The notes: generated by a model not told the origin, from the sequence alone. Numbered from the stretch's first letter, positions 1 through 10,657 are shown. The stretch is DNA of 64,000 nucleotides from an uncultured Acidimicrobiales bacterium (GCA_905479685.1 CAJQNJ010000086.1:3921-67920); one strand, 5' to 3'. Numbers and translations: made by a program.

Positions 1-266
1 GCGTAGGCATCACCCACTTCGAAGGTGACGTTGTGGGCAGCCTCAGGCATGAAATCGTCCGATACGTCGATCCCCACGACGCGTCCTGGAGCGACACGTT
101 CTCCGATCTCGAGCGTGATCGTGCCCGGGCCGCAGCCCACATCGAGCACCGAAACGCCTGACACGAGATGTGGAATGAGGTACGCCGCGGAGTTCTCGAC
201 GGTTCTCTGGTTGTGTGAACGCAGCACGCTTGCGTGATGGCCATGGGTGTACGTGTCTTCGGGCAT
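1..266 (-). CDS. class I SAM-dependent methyltransferase, N-terminal part (gene runs off the window start)
   Basis: Not in the ORF track because there is no stop in the window. Reverse translation from ATG 266-264 reads MPEDTYTHGHHASVLRSHNQRTVENSAAYLIPHLVSGVSVLDVGCGPGTITLEIGERVAPGRVVGIDVSDDF. VLDVGCGPG is SAM-binding motif I. Confidence 0.7.
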   Translation of the reverse strand, partial: MPEDTYTHGHHASVLRSHNQRTVENSAAYLIPHLVSGVSVLDVGCGPGTITLEIGERVAPGRVVGIDVSDDFMPEAAHNVTFEVGDAY

Positions 267-323
267 CTCCCCACTATTGCCGATGACATCCGGGTTCGAG
301 GTGCGCACACGAAACCAAGCTGG

Positions 324-1865
324 CTAGGACAGGATCACTCCAGCGCTCTCCAGTTGTGTCTCGAAGAGATCCGAGGCGAGAAGCGCTTCGGCACGGCTCA
401 GGTCTGGAGCGAGATACCGATCGGGCCCAGGTCCGTCCACCTCTTGACGCAGCGCCGCGATCACTACAGCGGTGGCGACGGCTGGCTCGAGCGGGGCACG
501 CAAGTCGATCGCCCGAGCGGCGATCACCAATTCGATGGCAAGGATCCGTCGCACGTTGTCGATGACCCGCCGAAGCTTTCGTGCGGCCCCCCACGCCATC
601 GATACATGATCCTCTTGCATTCCCGATGTGGGGAGCGAATCGACAGATGCCGGTACGGAGAGTCGTTTGTTCTCAGATGCCATCGCTGCTGCCGTGTAGT
701 GCCCGATCATCAGACCGCTGTCGACGCCCACCTCGCTCGCCAAGAACGGAGGCAGTCCGTGGTTGCGAGTCTTGTCGAGAAGCCGATCCATACGCCGCTC
801 GGCGATGGCTCCGATCTCCGAGACTGCGATGGCGAGGAAGTCGGCGCCGAACCCCAATGGGGCGCCGTGGAAGTTTCCGCACGATTCGACTCGACCATCG
901 GGGAGGACCATTGGATTGTCGATCGCAGATGCCAGTTCATTCTCTGCGACCCGACGGACATGGTCGAGCGTGTCTCGTACCGCACCGTGGACCGATGGCG
1001 TACACCGAACCGAGTAGGCGTCCTGGACCCGAACGTCGTCCGACTTGTGACTCGCAACGATCGGCGAGTCCTCGAGCATCAACCGCAGGTTCGCAGCGCT
1101 GACTGCCTGGCCCGGTTGCGGCCGCAGCTGTTGTAGGTCATCGGCGAAGGGACCGTCGGTCGCAAGAAGGCCCTCCACCGTTAGCGCAGCGATCATGTCG
1201 GCCTGCATTACGAGCCGACTCGAGTCGTCGATGGCGAGGCACAACATTCCGAGAATCGCATCGGTTCCGTTGGTGACCGAGAGACCCTCCTTTTCATGTA
1301 GGACGAGCGGTTCGAGCCCGGCGTCGCGGAGCGCACCGGCCGCATGGCACCGCTCTCCCGCGACATGCACCTCTCCCTCACCCATCAGTGCCAAGGCGCC
1401 ATGGGCAAGCGGCGCCAGATCGCCGCTTGCACCGAGCGAGCCGTACTCGGGGACGATCGGCGTGATGTCGGCATTGAGCGCATCGACCATCGCCTGGGCA
1501 ACGCGTGGCCGCGCCCCACTCGCTCCGAGGGCAAGCGTCCGCGCCCGCAGCAGCATCATGGCCCGGACCACTTCGTCCTCGACAGGATCGCCCATACCAG
1601 CCGCATGCGACCGGACGAGGGCGACCTGAAGGGCCTGGCGACGATCGCGTGGGATCGAGACTGTGGCGAGTGCGCCGAACCCAGTTGAGATGCCGTATTT
1701 CGGTTCTCCCTCTGCAAGTCGGTCGACGATGTCTCGGGCAGCAGACATCCGTTCGATCGCTTCGCGGGACAATTCGACTCTGGCGCTCTCACGGGCGACC
1801 GCGACCACGTCGGCGATGGTGACGCCCGGACCGTGAAGTTGAATCGTTTCCTGGTCCTGTGTCAT
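324..1865 (-). CDS. hutH: histidine ammonia-lyase
   Basis: 513 aa. GSLGASGDLAPLAH contains the Ala-Ser-Gly triad that forms the MIO cofactor of aromatic amino-acid ammonia-lyases. The rest is full-length HAL-like sequence. ATG 1865 overlaps the stop of the upstream IclR gene (ATGA). Confidence 0.93.
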   Translation of the reverse strand: MTQDQETIQLHGPGVTIADVVAVARESARVELSREAIERMSAARDIVDRLAEGEPKYGISTGFGALATVSIPRDRRQALQVALVRSHAAGMGDPVEDEVVRAMMLLRARTLALGASGARPRVAQAMVDALNADITPIVPEYGSLGASGDLAPLAHGALALMGEGEVHVAGERCHAAGALRDAGLEPLVLHEKEGLSVTNGTDAILGMLCLAIDDSSRLVMQADMIAALTVEGLLATDGPFADDLQQLRPQPGQAVSAANLRLMLEDSPIVASHKSDDVRVQDAYSVRCTPSVHGAVRDTLDHVRRVAENELASAIDNPMVLPDGRVESCGNFHGAPLGFGADFLAIAVSEIGAIAERRMDRLLDKTRNHGLPPFLASEVGVDSGLMIGHYTAAAMASENKRLSVPASVDSLPTSGMQEDHVSMAWGAARKLRRVIDNVRRILAIELVIAARAIDLRAPLEPAVATAVVIAALRQEVDGPGPDRYLAPDLSRAEALLASDLFETQLESAGVILS

Positions 1866-2650
1866 GAGGCCTTCGTCTCTGTCGTGGATATCGAGTCGGT
1901 TGTCGAAGCGCCGAGGTGTGCAGCCTCGAGGAGGCCGAGGTCTTGCGACAGTTGTGACACCACGTCGTGCAAGGACACTGCGATGTTTTCACACGTTGCA
2001 TCATCGAGCCGATGGGCCGGTCCGATGACCGAGAGCGCTATACCTAGACTCCCGTACGGCGGCAGCGCCATCGAGATCGCAGTGATGTCGGGCTCGACCA
2101 CTCCAGTCCGAATCGCGACCTTGCCCGGTTCGCGCAGCGCAGCCCCGATCGCGGTACCCGAGAGCGTCACGTTCTGCCCGACCCAACCAACGTGGCGTAT
2201 CGCTCGGCTGCTCTCTGCCGATGCGATGTACGTTGCGATTCCCGTATCGCTCACAGCCAGGTATGCCGATTCGCTGGTTTCGGTCGTCAGCCCATCGAGA
2301 TGAGGTTGTGCGAGTTCGGTGAGCCGTTCAAGGGGTGGGGAGTCATGAAGCCCAGCAGCCAACCGTAAGATCGTCGGCCCCGGCGAGAACACTCCCGAGG
2401 AGTCCCGGTCCAGGTACCCCCGCGCCTCGAGCGCCCGAAGGTGTCGTAGCGCTGTCGTGGGTGTCAGTCCTGCATGTGCCGACGCGGTCGTCAGCGTGCA
2501 GGCGCGCTCGGCAAGGACGACCTCGAGTAGATCGAGCACTCGACCAACCGCCCGTGGTACTGGTTGTCCTCCAGGTTCGGCATCACCATCCGCTGTGCTG
2601 TTGGATCTCATGACTCCGAATCCGTGTACCAAAATGTCATCTGCTGACAC
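1862..2650 (-). CDS. IclR-family transcriptional regulator (likely hut regulator)
   Basis: 262 aa. N-terminal winged HTH (VLDLLEVVLAERACTLTTASAHAGLTPTTALRHLRALEARGYLDRD) followed by an IclR-type effector domain. Divergent from hutU and coupled to hutH. Start is GTG 2650 or ATG 2611. Confidence 0.8.
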   Translation of the reverse strand: MSADDILVHGFGVMRSNSTADGDAEPGGQPVPRAVGRVLDLLEVVLAERACTLTTASAHAGLTPTTALRHLRALEARGYLDRDSSGVFSPGPTILRLAAGLHDSPPLERLTELAQPHLDGLTTETSESAYLAVSDTGIATYIASAESSRAIRHVGWVGQNVTLSGTAIGAALREPGKVAIRTGVVEPDITAISMALPPYGSLGIALSVIGPAHRLDDATCENIAVSLHDVVSQLSQDLGLLEAAHLGASTTDSISTTETKAS

Positions 2651-2700
2651 TAGCTGTTATCTATTGACAATCTAGGGAATCATCCCGCAGGCTGCAAGAC

Positions 2701-4380
2701 ATGACGTCACGACTTGGTACACCCGTCACGAACATCTCCGCTCCACGCGGTACCGACCTCAGTTGCAAGGGGTGGCCTCAAGAGGCCGCGTATCGGATGC
2801 TGCAGAACAACCTCGATCCAGAGGTGGCGGAGAATCCAGACGAACTCGTGGTGTATGGAGGCACCGGCCGCGCGGCCCGCTCATGGGACGCCTATCGGGC
2901 GATGCTGCACACGCTGACCACACTCGAACGAGACGAGACGATGTTGGTGCAGTCGGGCAAACCCGTAGGGGTTCTTCGCACCCACGAATGGGCACCAAGA
3001 GTGCTCATCGCCAACTCCAACCTGGTCCCTGATTGGGCCAACTGGGACGAGTTCCGCAGACTCGAACATCTTGGTCTCACGATGTACGGCCAGATGACGG
3101 CAGGGTCCTGGATCTACATCGGTACCCAGGGAATCCTTCAGGGAACGTATGAGTGTTTCGCTGAGATCGCGCGGAAACGTTTCGGCGGTTCGCTGCGCGG
3201 CACGCTGACCATCACCGCCGGCGCCGGAGGAATGGGTGGTGCCCAACCGCTCGCCGTGACGATGAACGACGGCGTCGTATTGGTCATCGACGTCAGCAAA
3301 CACATGCTCGAGCGGCGAGTCGACCATCGTTACCTCGATGAGATCGCCCCCGACTACGCGACCGCCATTACCCGAGTGACCGAGGCGAAAGCGACGCGGA
3401 CACCGTTGTCGGTCGGTCTCTTGGGAAATGCCGCAGACATCTTGCCTCGATTGCTCGCCGACGGGATCGAGGCCGACATCGTCACCGACCAGACCAGCGC
3501 CCATGACCCCCTGAGTTATGCACCGAATGACCTCTCTGCCGAGGCGGCAGAAGCGTTGAAGGCGGACGATCCCACCGAGTTCACACGCCGATCACGCGCT
3601 GCAATGGCAACACACTGCCAGGCGATGGTTGGCTTCATGGACGCTGGTGCCGAAGTCTTCGACTACGGAAACAGCCTTCGTGCTGAAGCCAAACTTGGCG
3701 GATTCGACCGAGCGTTCGACTACCCGGGTTTCCTCCCGGCGTACATTCGGCCGCTCTTTTGTGAAGGACTTGGCCCCTTTCGCTGGGTGGCCTTGTCCGG
3801 AGATCCCGCTGACATCGCTGCCACCGATCGAGCTGTCCTCGAGGAGTTCCCAGAGAACGAGTCGCTCGCAAAGTGGATTCGCTTGGCTGGCGAGCGAGTG
3901 GCGTTCCAGGGACTGCCAGCACGCATCTGCTGGCTCGGATACGGCGAACGGCATCGACTCGGGCTTCGATTCAACGAAATGGTCCGCACAGGTGAGCTGA
4001 AGGCCCCAGTCGTGATCGGACGCGACCACCTCGATTCGGGGTCTGTCGCATCGCCGTACCGCGAAACCGAAGCCATGCTCGACGGGTCGGACGCAATCGC
4101 AGACTGGCCGCTCCTCAACGGCCTCGTCAACACGTGTTCGGGCGCGACCTGGGTGAGCGTGCACCATGGCGGCGGTGTTGGCATCGGCCGATCGATCCAC
4201 GCAGGTCAGGTGAGTGTCGCCGACGGGACCCCGCTTGCCGCGGAGAAACTCGAACGTGTGCTGACCAACGACCCTGCTATGGGAGTGATTCGACACGTCG
4301 ACGCTGGATACGATCGCGCGATCGAGGTTGCCGACGAGCGCGGCGTACGAGTACCCATGAACGAACAGCCTGCAACATGA
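2701..4380 (+). CDS. hutU: urocanate hydratase
   Basis: 559 aa, full-length urocanase-like sequence with the NAD-binding stretch [20 protein letters not shown] and conserved C-terminal HHGGGVGIG. Confidence 0.95.
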   Translation: MTSRLGTPVTNISAPRGTDLSCKGWPQEAAYRMLQNNLDPEVAENPDELVVYGGTGRAARSWDAYRAMLHTLTTLERDETMLVQSGKPVGVLRTHEWAPRVLIANSNLVPDWANWDEFRRLEHLGLTMYGQMTAGSWIYIGTQGILQGTYECFAEIARKRFGGSLRGTLTITAGAGGMGGAQPLAVTMNDGVVLVIDVSKHMLERRVDHRYLDEIAPDYATAITRVTEAKATRTPLSVGLLGNAADILPRLLADGIEADIVTDQTSAHDPLSYAPNDLSAEAAEALKADDPTEFTRRSRAAMATHCQAMVGFMDAGAEVFDYGNSLRAEAKLGGFDRAFDYPGFLPAYIRPLFCEGLGPFRWVALSGDPADIAATDRAVLEEFPENESLAKWIRLAGERVAFQGLPARICWLGYGERHRLGLRFNEMVRTGELKAPVVIGRDHLDSGSVASPYRETEAMLDGSDAIADWPLLNGLVNTCSGATWVSVHHGGGVGIGRSIHAGQVSVADGTPLAAEKLERVLTNDPAMGVIRHVDAGYDRAIEVADERGVRVPMNEQPAT

Positions 4381-4949
4381 CGGTCCGAACAATTCTCACC
4401 ATCGGCGATCCAGAGTTGCGGCGGCGTGCCGAGGAGGTGGATCTGGCACAGATTGCTTCGGCTCCCGTGCAGAGGATCATCGACGAACTGATCGCGACCA
4501 TGCGTGATGCGAACGGCGCAGGTTTGGCGGCCACGCAGATCGGCGAGCATGTTCGAATCGCGGTGATGGAGGTCGGCAACAATCCCCGTTACCCGTACAA
4601 ACCGAAGATCCCTTTGACGATCGCGATCAATCCGGTGATCGAACCGCTCGACGATGAACGCGTCGAGATCAATGAGGGCTGTCTCTCGGTTCCGCTACGC
4701 GGAGACGTGAGCCGATACGTGAACATTCGGGTCAAGTACCTCGATCGCGACGGGGTCGAACACGACGAAGTGAAACGTGGTCTCACCGCGGGAACGTGGC
4801 AACACGAGTGCGATCACCTCGACGGGGTGTTGTTCATCGATCGGGTTGCCGACCCGACCACACTTTCCACCTGGGATGAGTTCAACGAACACCATCGTGA
4901 TGCGTTCATCGAACGGATCACGGCCTTTGTGGAGCGGATCGGTTCATGA
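4377..4949 (+). CDS. def: peptide deformylase homologue embedded in the hut operon
   Basis: The ORF-track entry 4134..4949 is trimmed to ATG 4377 ([18 protein letters not shown]), which overlaps the hutU stop as ATGA. All three PDF motifs are present: [26 protein letters not shown]. The stop overlaps the hutF start (ATGA 4946-4949). Confidence 0.85.
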   Translation: MTVRTILTIGDPELRRRAEEVDLAQIASAPVQRIIDELIATMRDANGAGLAATQIGEHVRIAVMEVGNNPRYPYKPKIPLTIAINPVIEPLDDERVEINEGCLSVPLRGDVSRYVNIRVKYLDRDGVEHDEVKRGLTAGTWQHECDHLDGVLFIDRVADPTTLSTWDEFNEHHRDAFIERITAFVERIGS

Positions 4950-6283
4950 CCTCGTGGTGGTGCGAATATGCGCTCCTGGCCGATGGCGTTGCGCCCAGTG
5001 TGAGTATCACCGCCCGACATGGCCGGATCTCGGAGGCCGAACCGAACACCACGGCGCCAGAAGGTGCAACCCGTCTCGCCGGCTTGACCGTGCCCGGATT
5101 CGCGAACGCCCACAGCCATGCGTTCCACCGGGCTCTCCGCTCCCGTGTGCAGGCCGAGCGAGGCACGTTCTGGACGTGGCGCGACACGATGTATCGCGCT
5201 GCTCAACGGTTGAATCCCGACAACTACTACCGGCTCGCTCGTGCGGTATTCGCCGAGATGACACGTGCAGGAATATCGGTCGTTGGAGAGTTCCACTACG
5301 TCCACAACAGACCCGACGGAGGCTCGTACGACGATCCGAACGCGATGGGGGTGGCGCTACTCGCAGCCGCCGACGACGCCGGCATTCGCATCACCCTGCT
5401 CGACACGCTCTACCTGTTCGACGGGATGGACGAGCACCAATACCGCAACCCCGTCAACGTACAACATCGGTTCAGTGACCTCACGGGCGAGCGATGGGCA
5501 GCACGGCTGGCCGACCTTCGGGTGTCTCGAACCCAGCGCCTCGGAGCGGCCGTGCACTCCGCTCGAGCCGTGAACCCCACTGGGTTGTCGACGGCGGCAG
5601 AGTGGGCCAAGGACAACAACGCACCCCTCCATGCCCATGTCTCCGAACAGCGAGCTGAGAACGAAACGACACGTATCATGCACGGCTGCACCCCGACAGA
5701 ACTACTGGAGTCGGTCGGTGTGCTCGAAACCACGTTCACTGCGGTCCACGGAACCCATCTCACCGACCACGACATCGATCTCCTCGGATCATCCGAAAGT
5801 TCTGTCTGTATGTGTCCAACGACGGAACGTGACCTCGGCGATGGGATCGGGCCCACACGAGAATTGACTGCTGCGGGTGTTTCGCTCTGTGTCGGTAGCG
5901 ATTCCCACGCGGTCATCGATCAGATGGTCGAGGCGCGAGCGGTCGAGCTCCACGAGCGTCTTCGGTCCGAACAACGCGGCGTGCACTCTGCTGGTGAGCT
6001 GATGCACATGGCAACCACGGCCGGTCACCGCAGCCTCGGCTGGGACGATGCTGGCGCGATCGCGGTCGGCAACCGAGCGGACTTGGTCACCATCTCCCTC
6101 ACCACCGCACGCACGGCGGGGGCATCGACCGATCTTCTCCTCGAGGCTGCTGTCTTTGCCTCGACCGAGAGCGACATCACGTCTGTGGTCATCGATGGGC
6201 GACAGGTGGCCACCGATGGAGAGCACGACCACATCGACGTCGCCGCCGAGCTCGACTCGTCGATCAGGGAGCTTCTCCAATGA
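4946..6283 (+). CDS. hutF: formimidoylglutamate deiminase (amidohydrolase superfamily)
   Basis: 445 aa. The N-terminus ([14 protein letters not shown] ... [16 protein letters not shown]) carries the HxH metal motif typical of HutF-type deiminases. Positioned between hutU and hutI. Confidence 0.85.
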   Translation: MTSWWCEYALLADGVAPSVSITARHGRISEAEPNTTAPEGATRLAGLTVPGFANAHSHAFHRALRSRVQAERGTFWTWRDTMYRAAQRLNPDNYYRLARAVFAEMTRAGISVVGEFHYVHNRPDGGSYDDPNAMGVALLAAADDAGIRITLLDTLYLFDGMDEHQYRNPVNVQHRFSDLTGERWAARLADLRVSRTQRLGAAVHSARAVNPTGLSTAAEWAKDNNAPLHAHVSEQRAENETTRIMHGCTPTELLESVGVLETTFTAVHGTHLTDHDIDLLGSSESSVCMCPTTERDLGDGIGPTRELTAAGVSLCVGSDSHAVIDQMVEARAVELHERLRSEQRGVHSAGELMHMATTAGHRSLGWDDAGAIAVGNRADLVTISLTTARTAGASTDLLLEAAVFASTESDITSVVIDGRQVATDGEHDHIDVAAELDSSIRELLQ

Positions 6284-7452
6284 CGCCATCGACTCGTTCT
6301 CTCGTGATCGACAACATCGGGTCGCTGATCACCAACGACCCCGAGCTTGGAATGGGACCGCTCGGCATCGTCGAACAGGCGTCTGTCGTCATCACCGACG
6401 GGATTGTCGAGGAGGTCGGACCGGCTGGCGCTGTCGCCGACGAGCGCATCGATGCCGAGGGCTCGTGTGTTCTGCCGGGATTCGTCGACTCGCACACCCA
6501 CCTGGTCTTCGCTGGCGATCGATCGGAGGAGTTCGCCAAACGTATGGCTGGCGAGCCGTACGACGGTGGCGGAATCCAGGTGACCACCGATGCAACGCGG
6601 TCAGCCCCGACCGAGCTGCTCGATCAGCTCGTCCGCCAGCGTCTTCGAGAAGCGCATCGAGCAGGTACAACCACGATCGAGATCAAGTCTGGGTACGGCC
6701 TCAACGTCGAGGATGAAGCTCGATCTCTCGAGATCGCCAACGCGTTCACGCCAGAAACGACATTCCTCGGCGCCCACCTCCTTCCGACCGAGTTCCGAGG
6801 CCGCGCCGATGCGTACATCGATCTCGTGTGCACCGAGATGCTCGCGGCCGCGGTTCCTCACGCTCGATGGGTCGATGCGTTCTGCGAAGATGGCGCGTTC
6901 GATGCCGATCAGTGCCGCGCGGTACTGGAGGCAGGGAAGTCGGCTGGCCTTGGTCTTCGGTTGCATGGCAACCAGCTCGGCACCGGGCCTGGAGTGCAAT
7001 TGGCGGTCGAGTGCGGATGTGCCGCTGTCGATCACTGCACACACCTCACCGACAGCGACGTCGAAGCCCTGGCGGGGAGCGACACGGTTGCGACGTTTCT
7101 CCCAGCAGCCGACTTCTCGACGCGCCAGCCGTATCCGGACGCACGCCGACTGCTCGACGCTGGGGCAACCGTGGCCATCGCCTCGAATTGCAATCCAGGG
7201 TCGAGCTACACGACGTCGATCTCGTTCTGTATCGCGGTCGCCGTTCGCGACATGCACATGACCATCGAGCAGGCGATACAGGCAGCCACCTCGGGGGGCG
7301 CCGCCGCGCTGCGACGACAAGACGTCGGCCGTCTCGCGCCCGGTTATGCCGGACACGCGACGATCCTCGACGCCCCAACTCATCATCACCTTGCGTACAG
7401 GCCCGGGGTGCCGTTGATCCGTCAAACGATCGGCCCGCTCGGATCGGTCTGA
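6280..7452 (+). CDS. hutI: imidazolonepropionase
   Basis: 390 aa. [20 protein letters not shown] and downstream amidohydrolase motifs are typical of HutI. ATGA overlap with the hutF stop. Confidence 0.93.
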   Translation: MTPSTRSLVIDNIGSLITNDPELGMGPLGIVEQASVVITDGIVEEVGPAGAVADERIDAEGSCVLPGFVDSHTHLVFAGDRSEEFAKRMAGEPYDGGGIQVTTDATRSAPTELLDQLVRQRLREAHRAGTTTIEIKSGYGLNVEDEARSLEIANAFTPETTFLGAHLLPTEFRGRADAYIDLVCTEMLAAAVPHARWVDAFCEDGAFDADQCRAVLEAGKSAGLGLRLHGNQLGTGPGVQLAVECGCAAVDHCTHLTDSDVEALAGSDTVATFLPAADFSTRQPYPDARRLLDAGATVAIASNCNPGSSYTTSISFCIAVAVRDMHMTIEQAIQAATSGGAAALRRQDVGRLAPGYAGHATILDAPTHHHLAYRPGVPLIRQTIGPLGSV

Positions 7453-7481
7453 GAGCTACTTCAGATCTGGCTCTGACACCC

Positions 7482-8696
7482 CTAGCCGTTCTTGATCTCT
7501 TCCACCGCGGCCAAGAACTCGTTGAGCAGTCGATCGATCTCGGCGTCACGCTCGGTTTCGATCACGCCGAGGAGGTCGTTGATCTCCTCGAGTCGAGGAT
7601 CGACTTCGAGTTCGGCTGCCACCCGGGCGTCTGCCCAGGCCTGCTCGGCCGCAGCGATGTCCTCTTCGATGGCAGCTCGCTCACCTTCGTCGTCGGTGCC
7701 TTCGAGTTCGATCTCTAGAGCCTCGATGACGCCTTCCCATTCGACAGCAAGCAGGTGGTGGGCCTCTTCGAGGGCAGCCAACAAGCCATCGCGCTCCTCT
7801 TCGAGTGGATTGATGAGCGCCTTCGCCTCGGCACGGACCTTGTCCTTGGCCACATGGACGGCTTCCTCGAGAGCCGCGATCGCCACCTGAGCCGCCTCTT
7901 CTTCTGCGGTCTTGCCGTCCTCTTTCGACTCTTCCTTCTTCGGTTCTTCTTTTTCGACCTTGGGCGTCTTGGTTTCGACGACTTCTTTCTCTTCGAGCTC
8001 TTGCTTGTCATCCGGGATCACCTTGTGCTCGGGAAGGTCGTCTTCCACGAACTTCTCGATGTCTTCGAACGTGTCCTTCTCCTCGGACTTCACGTCGTCT
8101 TCGAACGTGTCGTCATCCTCGAATTTCTTCTCGTCCTTCTCGTCCAGCTCGGACGCCTCGGTTGATTCTTCTTTGACGGGTTCGCTCGACTCGAGCTCGT
8201 CTTCTACGAATGCCAAAGCGTCGGGGTCCGATGGGACCTCGACCGTCTCGATCACGGCCGGCTTGTTGTCGGGAAGGAAGGGAACATCGACTGCACCAGT
8301 TGCATGGGCGCCTCCGATCGACGCGGCTGCGACAGTGGTCCCGATCACGACCTTTCCGCTCATCGTCGCCATGAAAGCTGCTGCATGTCCGATCATCGTG
8401 TTTCTCCTCACAGGTTTCGCCACTTCTGCGCCTGCTGCGGACAACACGGGTGTGTCAGCATCGGGCAACATGATTGGCTCAGGGGGGTGTGTGAGAGTCA
8501 CTCCGACGAACTCTGACAATGCCGCCGACGGAGCAGGCGTGTCGGTCATCTTCGGAAACGAACGAACCTCAGCGAACAGGTTCGCCACGTCGGCCAGTTC
8601 TGGCCGTTCAGACGTTCCATTGATGAGGTTTTCGACTTCTTCAGAGGAGAGCGTGTCGTTGTGCATCTCGAAGGAGGGATCGTTGAAATCGCTCAT
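7482..8696 (-). CDS. putative anti-sigma factor: single-pass membrane protein with a hyper-acidic coiled-coil C-terminal domain
   Basis: 404 aa. ATG 8696 overlaps the stop of the ECF sigma gene (ATGA). One hydrophobic segment (AAAFMATMSGKVVIGTTVAAASIGGAHA) is followed by about 270 aa rich in D/E/K with heptad-like stretches. No recognisable zinc-binding anti-sigma motif. Confidence 0.5.
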   Translation of the reverse strand: MSDFNDPSFEMHNDTLSSEEVENLINGTSERPELADVANLFAEVRSFPKMTDTPAPSAALSEFVGVTLTHPPEPIMLPDADTPVLSAAGAEVAKPVRRNTMIGHAAAFMATMSGKVVIGTTVAAASIGGAHATGAVDVPFLPDNKPAVIETVEVPSDPDALAFVEDELESSEPVKEESTEASELDEKDEKKFEDDDTFEDDVKSEEKDTFEDIEKFVEDDLPEHKVIPDDKQELEEKEVVETKTPKVEKEEPKKEESKEDGKTAEEEAAQVAIAALEEAVHVAKDKVRAEAKALINPLEEERDGLLAALEEAHHLLAVEWEGVIEALEIELEGTDDEGERAAIEEDIAAAEQAWADARVAAELEVDPRLEEINDLLGVIETERDAEIDRLLNEFLAAVEEIKNG

Positions 8697-9280
8697 TGGG
8701 TTACGGCCTCCTCCGAAATTGTTCTGCGCAGTGCATTTGTCGCCCGGTGCTGCAATGCCTTGACGGCATTCACCGATCGACCGGTGACCATTGCGGTCTG
8801 CTCGAGCGACAGGTCCGCGATGAGGCGCAGGTGCATCACTTCACGCTGCTCATCGGTCAATGTGGCCAGGAGCGAAGTGGCGTCGGCACCAATCCTCGAT
8901 AGCGCATCGGACTCGACGTCTCCTCCATGGCCGTCATCGTCCCTGACCAGCTGTCGAGTCGGCACTCGTCGACTCCTCGCTCGGTGTTCATCGATCAGCT
9001 TGTTGCGGGTAATGGCGAACAACATCGCAACGAAGGCATCCTCGTTACCGAAGAAGGTGTCCACCCGTCGGAATGCACCAAGAAATGCCTCATTTGTTAT
9101 CCCGTCAGCGTCGTCTGCCCCTTGGGCCCTGGCAAAGCCCGCCACCTGCCGACCAAATCGATTCCACAGCCACTCGAATCCGGGGGCCTGCCCAACGCGC
9201 GCTGCCGCGAGCGCACGTGCAAACGCTGGATCTCCCGTCCGGTCATCGATCACACGTCGGTATTCGACGACACCAGCCAT
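8693..9280 (-). CDS. ECF-type RNA polymerase sigma factor (sigma-70 family, regions 2 and 4)
   Basis: The C-terminal 195 aa of ORF 8693..9901 read as an ECF sigma. Region 2 is ITNEAFLGAFRRVDTF...MLFAITRNKLIDEHR. Region 4 HTH is LTDEQREVMHLRLIADLSLEQTAMVTGRSVNAVKALQHRA. Start set at ATG 9280, with ATG 9391 as alternative. The longer N-terminal extension is not protein-like. Confidence 0.8.
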   Translation of the reverse strand: MAGVVEYRRVIDDRTGDPAFARALAAARVGQAPGFEWLWNRFGRQVAGFARAQGADDADGITNEAFLGAFRRVDTFFGNEDAFVAMLFAITRNKLIDEHRARSRRVPTRQLVRDDDGHGGDVESDALSRIGADATSLLATLTDEQREVMHLRLIADLSLEQTAMVTGRSVNAVKALQHRATNALRRTISEEAVTQ

Positions 9281-9841
9281 CTTCTTGAGCGTGCCGGGAC
9301 TCAGCCCATGGGGCGTCACGCAAGCCACAGTGCCACTCCGAAGATCGAATGTGTACGAACATCGAAAGACGCCCCAGACCCTCGACGTCATGGAACTGCC
9401 CCTCACCGTGGCCTGACGGTAGTGTTCTGGCCGGTGAACACCCTCATACCCCGACTCACATACCGGCTCAAGCGGTCGATTCGAGACCGACGCTGGCGAA
9501 CAACAGCGCAACCGGAACTCCCCTCGCCGTACAGCCAGTGGCACGGTCCGGCGGCAAGTGTGCGGTTCGGACTCGTGGTCACTCCGGTGGCCGACATCGT
9601 GCTGCTTCAAGGATCGGCGCCTGCCAGCGTTGCGGTCCAACTCGAGTTCGATGACACTGCACACACAATCATCGAGGTTGCGCATCGATTTCCACATCCA
9701 ACTCGACCCAATGGCGCCCAAACCTGTTTCGAGACAACGATCGACAGCTCCTCTGTGCCGGGCGCATCGAGGTGTCGGGCGATGTCCGGTAGCGACATCG
9801 GAGATTGGAAATTTCTTCCCGCATTCCCCCCACCGGGCTCC

Positions 9842-10657
9842 ATGACCGGCCAAGAACGCATCGCTCGGTGTCCAGCGTGCAGGTCTGGCGAGTTCACCCA
9901 CGCCGGTCGTCGGCAGTTCCTCGACATGGTCACCTGTGCGAGATGTGGGCTACTCATGACATCTCCGCGACCCATCGAGGACCAGACGCTGATCCGATAC
10001 AGCGAGCGGTACTTCACCGAGGAGTACCTCCCCGCCCAAGAAGTGACTCCAGCGTTGACTGCACACATCGATTCGATCCTCGATCGCGCTGAACCGGCCA
10101 AGAACGTATCCCCCACACTGTTCGAGCTCGGAATTGGTGGCGGCAATCTGTTGACGCGGGCTCGCGAACGAGGGTGGACGGTCGCAGGGACCGATGTAAA
10201 TCCTGCGTCGGTGACCCACGCAACGTCTCGCGGGTTACACGTCTGGTGCGAGAACTCCGACCATGCAGAGTCGCTCGGTGGTTCCTACGGCGCTGTCATC
10301 TCCGAGATGTCAATCGAACATGTTCGACATCCGGAGCGGTTCTGTCGACTGGCCGCTGAGGCTCTGCTTCCCGGTGGCCGGCTGGTGATCTACACAGTCA
10401 GCGCCGAAGGCGACTCGTTCGAACACTCCGGAATGGCCTCGCCGCTTGCGGGACCTGCTGAGCACCTGTTCATGTTCAGCACTGGTTCGCTCGTATCGCT
10501 TTGTCAACGGGCGGGCCTGCGGGTCGAGTCGGTCTGGCGGAATCACACCGCAGATGAGATCGGAATCATCGCGACGAAACGACGAGACACCGGGAACGCT
10601 GCAGTGGTGGCGTCTTCGACAGATGACTGGACCACTCAGCCGCAGGCCATTTCCTGA
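9842..10657 (+). CDS. class I SAM-dependent methyltransferase with N-terminal zinc-ribbon
   Basis: C-terminal part of ORF 8927..10657. Two CxxC pairs (CPACRSG ... CARCG) are followed by methyltransferase motif I LFELGIGGGNL and the post-I acidic residue (GTDVN). Start is ATG 9842 or ATG 9782. Confidence 0.7.
   Translation: MTGQERIARCPACRSGEFTHAGRRQFLDMVTCARCGLLMTSPRPIEDQTLIRYSERYFTEEYLPAQEVTPALTAHIDSILDRAEPAKNVSPTLFELGIGGGNLLTRARERGWTVAGTDVNPASVTHATSRGLHVWCENSDHAESLGGSYGAVISEMSIEHVRHPERFCRLAAEALLPGGRLVIYTVSAEGDSFEHSGMASPLAGPAEHLFMFSTGSLVSLCQRAGLRVESVWRNHTADEIGIIATKRRDTGNAAVVASSTDDWTTQPQAIS

Noticed and set aside
234-1136. 300-aa plus-strand ORF, and other ORFs inside 324..1865.
   Set aside because: They are antisense or out of frame relative to an unmistakable hutH. 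The Arg/Pro-rich composition is typical of shadow ORFs in GC-rich DNA.
2651-2700. TTGACA hexamer (about 2664-2669) as the hutU promoter -35 box.
   Set aside because: There is no convincing -10 hexamer at 16-18 nt spacing. That is too weak to call without TSS data.
7912-8763. 283-aa Ser-rich plus-strand ORF opposite the anti-sigma-like gene.
   Set aside because: The minus-strand frame has the ATGA coupling to the sigma gene, G/C-ending codons and a TM helix. The Ser-rich frame is simply the complement of GAA/GAG/GAC-rich codons.
8693-9901. 402-aa version of the ECF sigma ORF, and the mutually antisense 576-aa ORF 8927..10657, together covering the ~0.5-kb gap 9281-9841.
   Set aside because: The two long frames are open on opposite strands over the same DNA, which is typical of high-GC sequence. 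The extra N-terminal parts are rich in Arg, Cys and Trp and show no domain pattern. Only the C-terminal parts look like real proteins (sigma regions 2/4; the methyltransferase). The gap may hold promoters or a leader, but I could not recognise any RNA motif.
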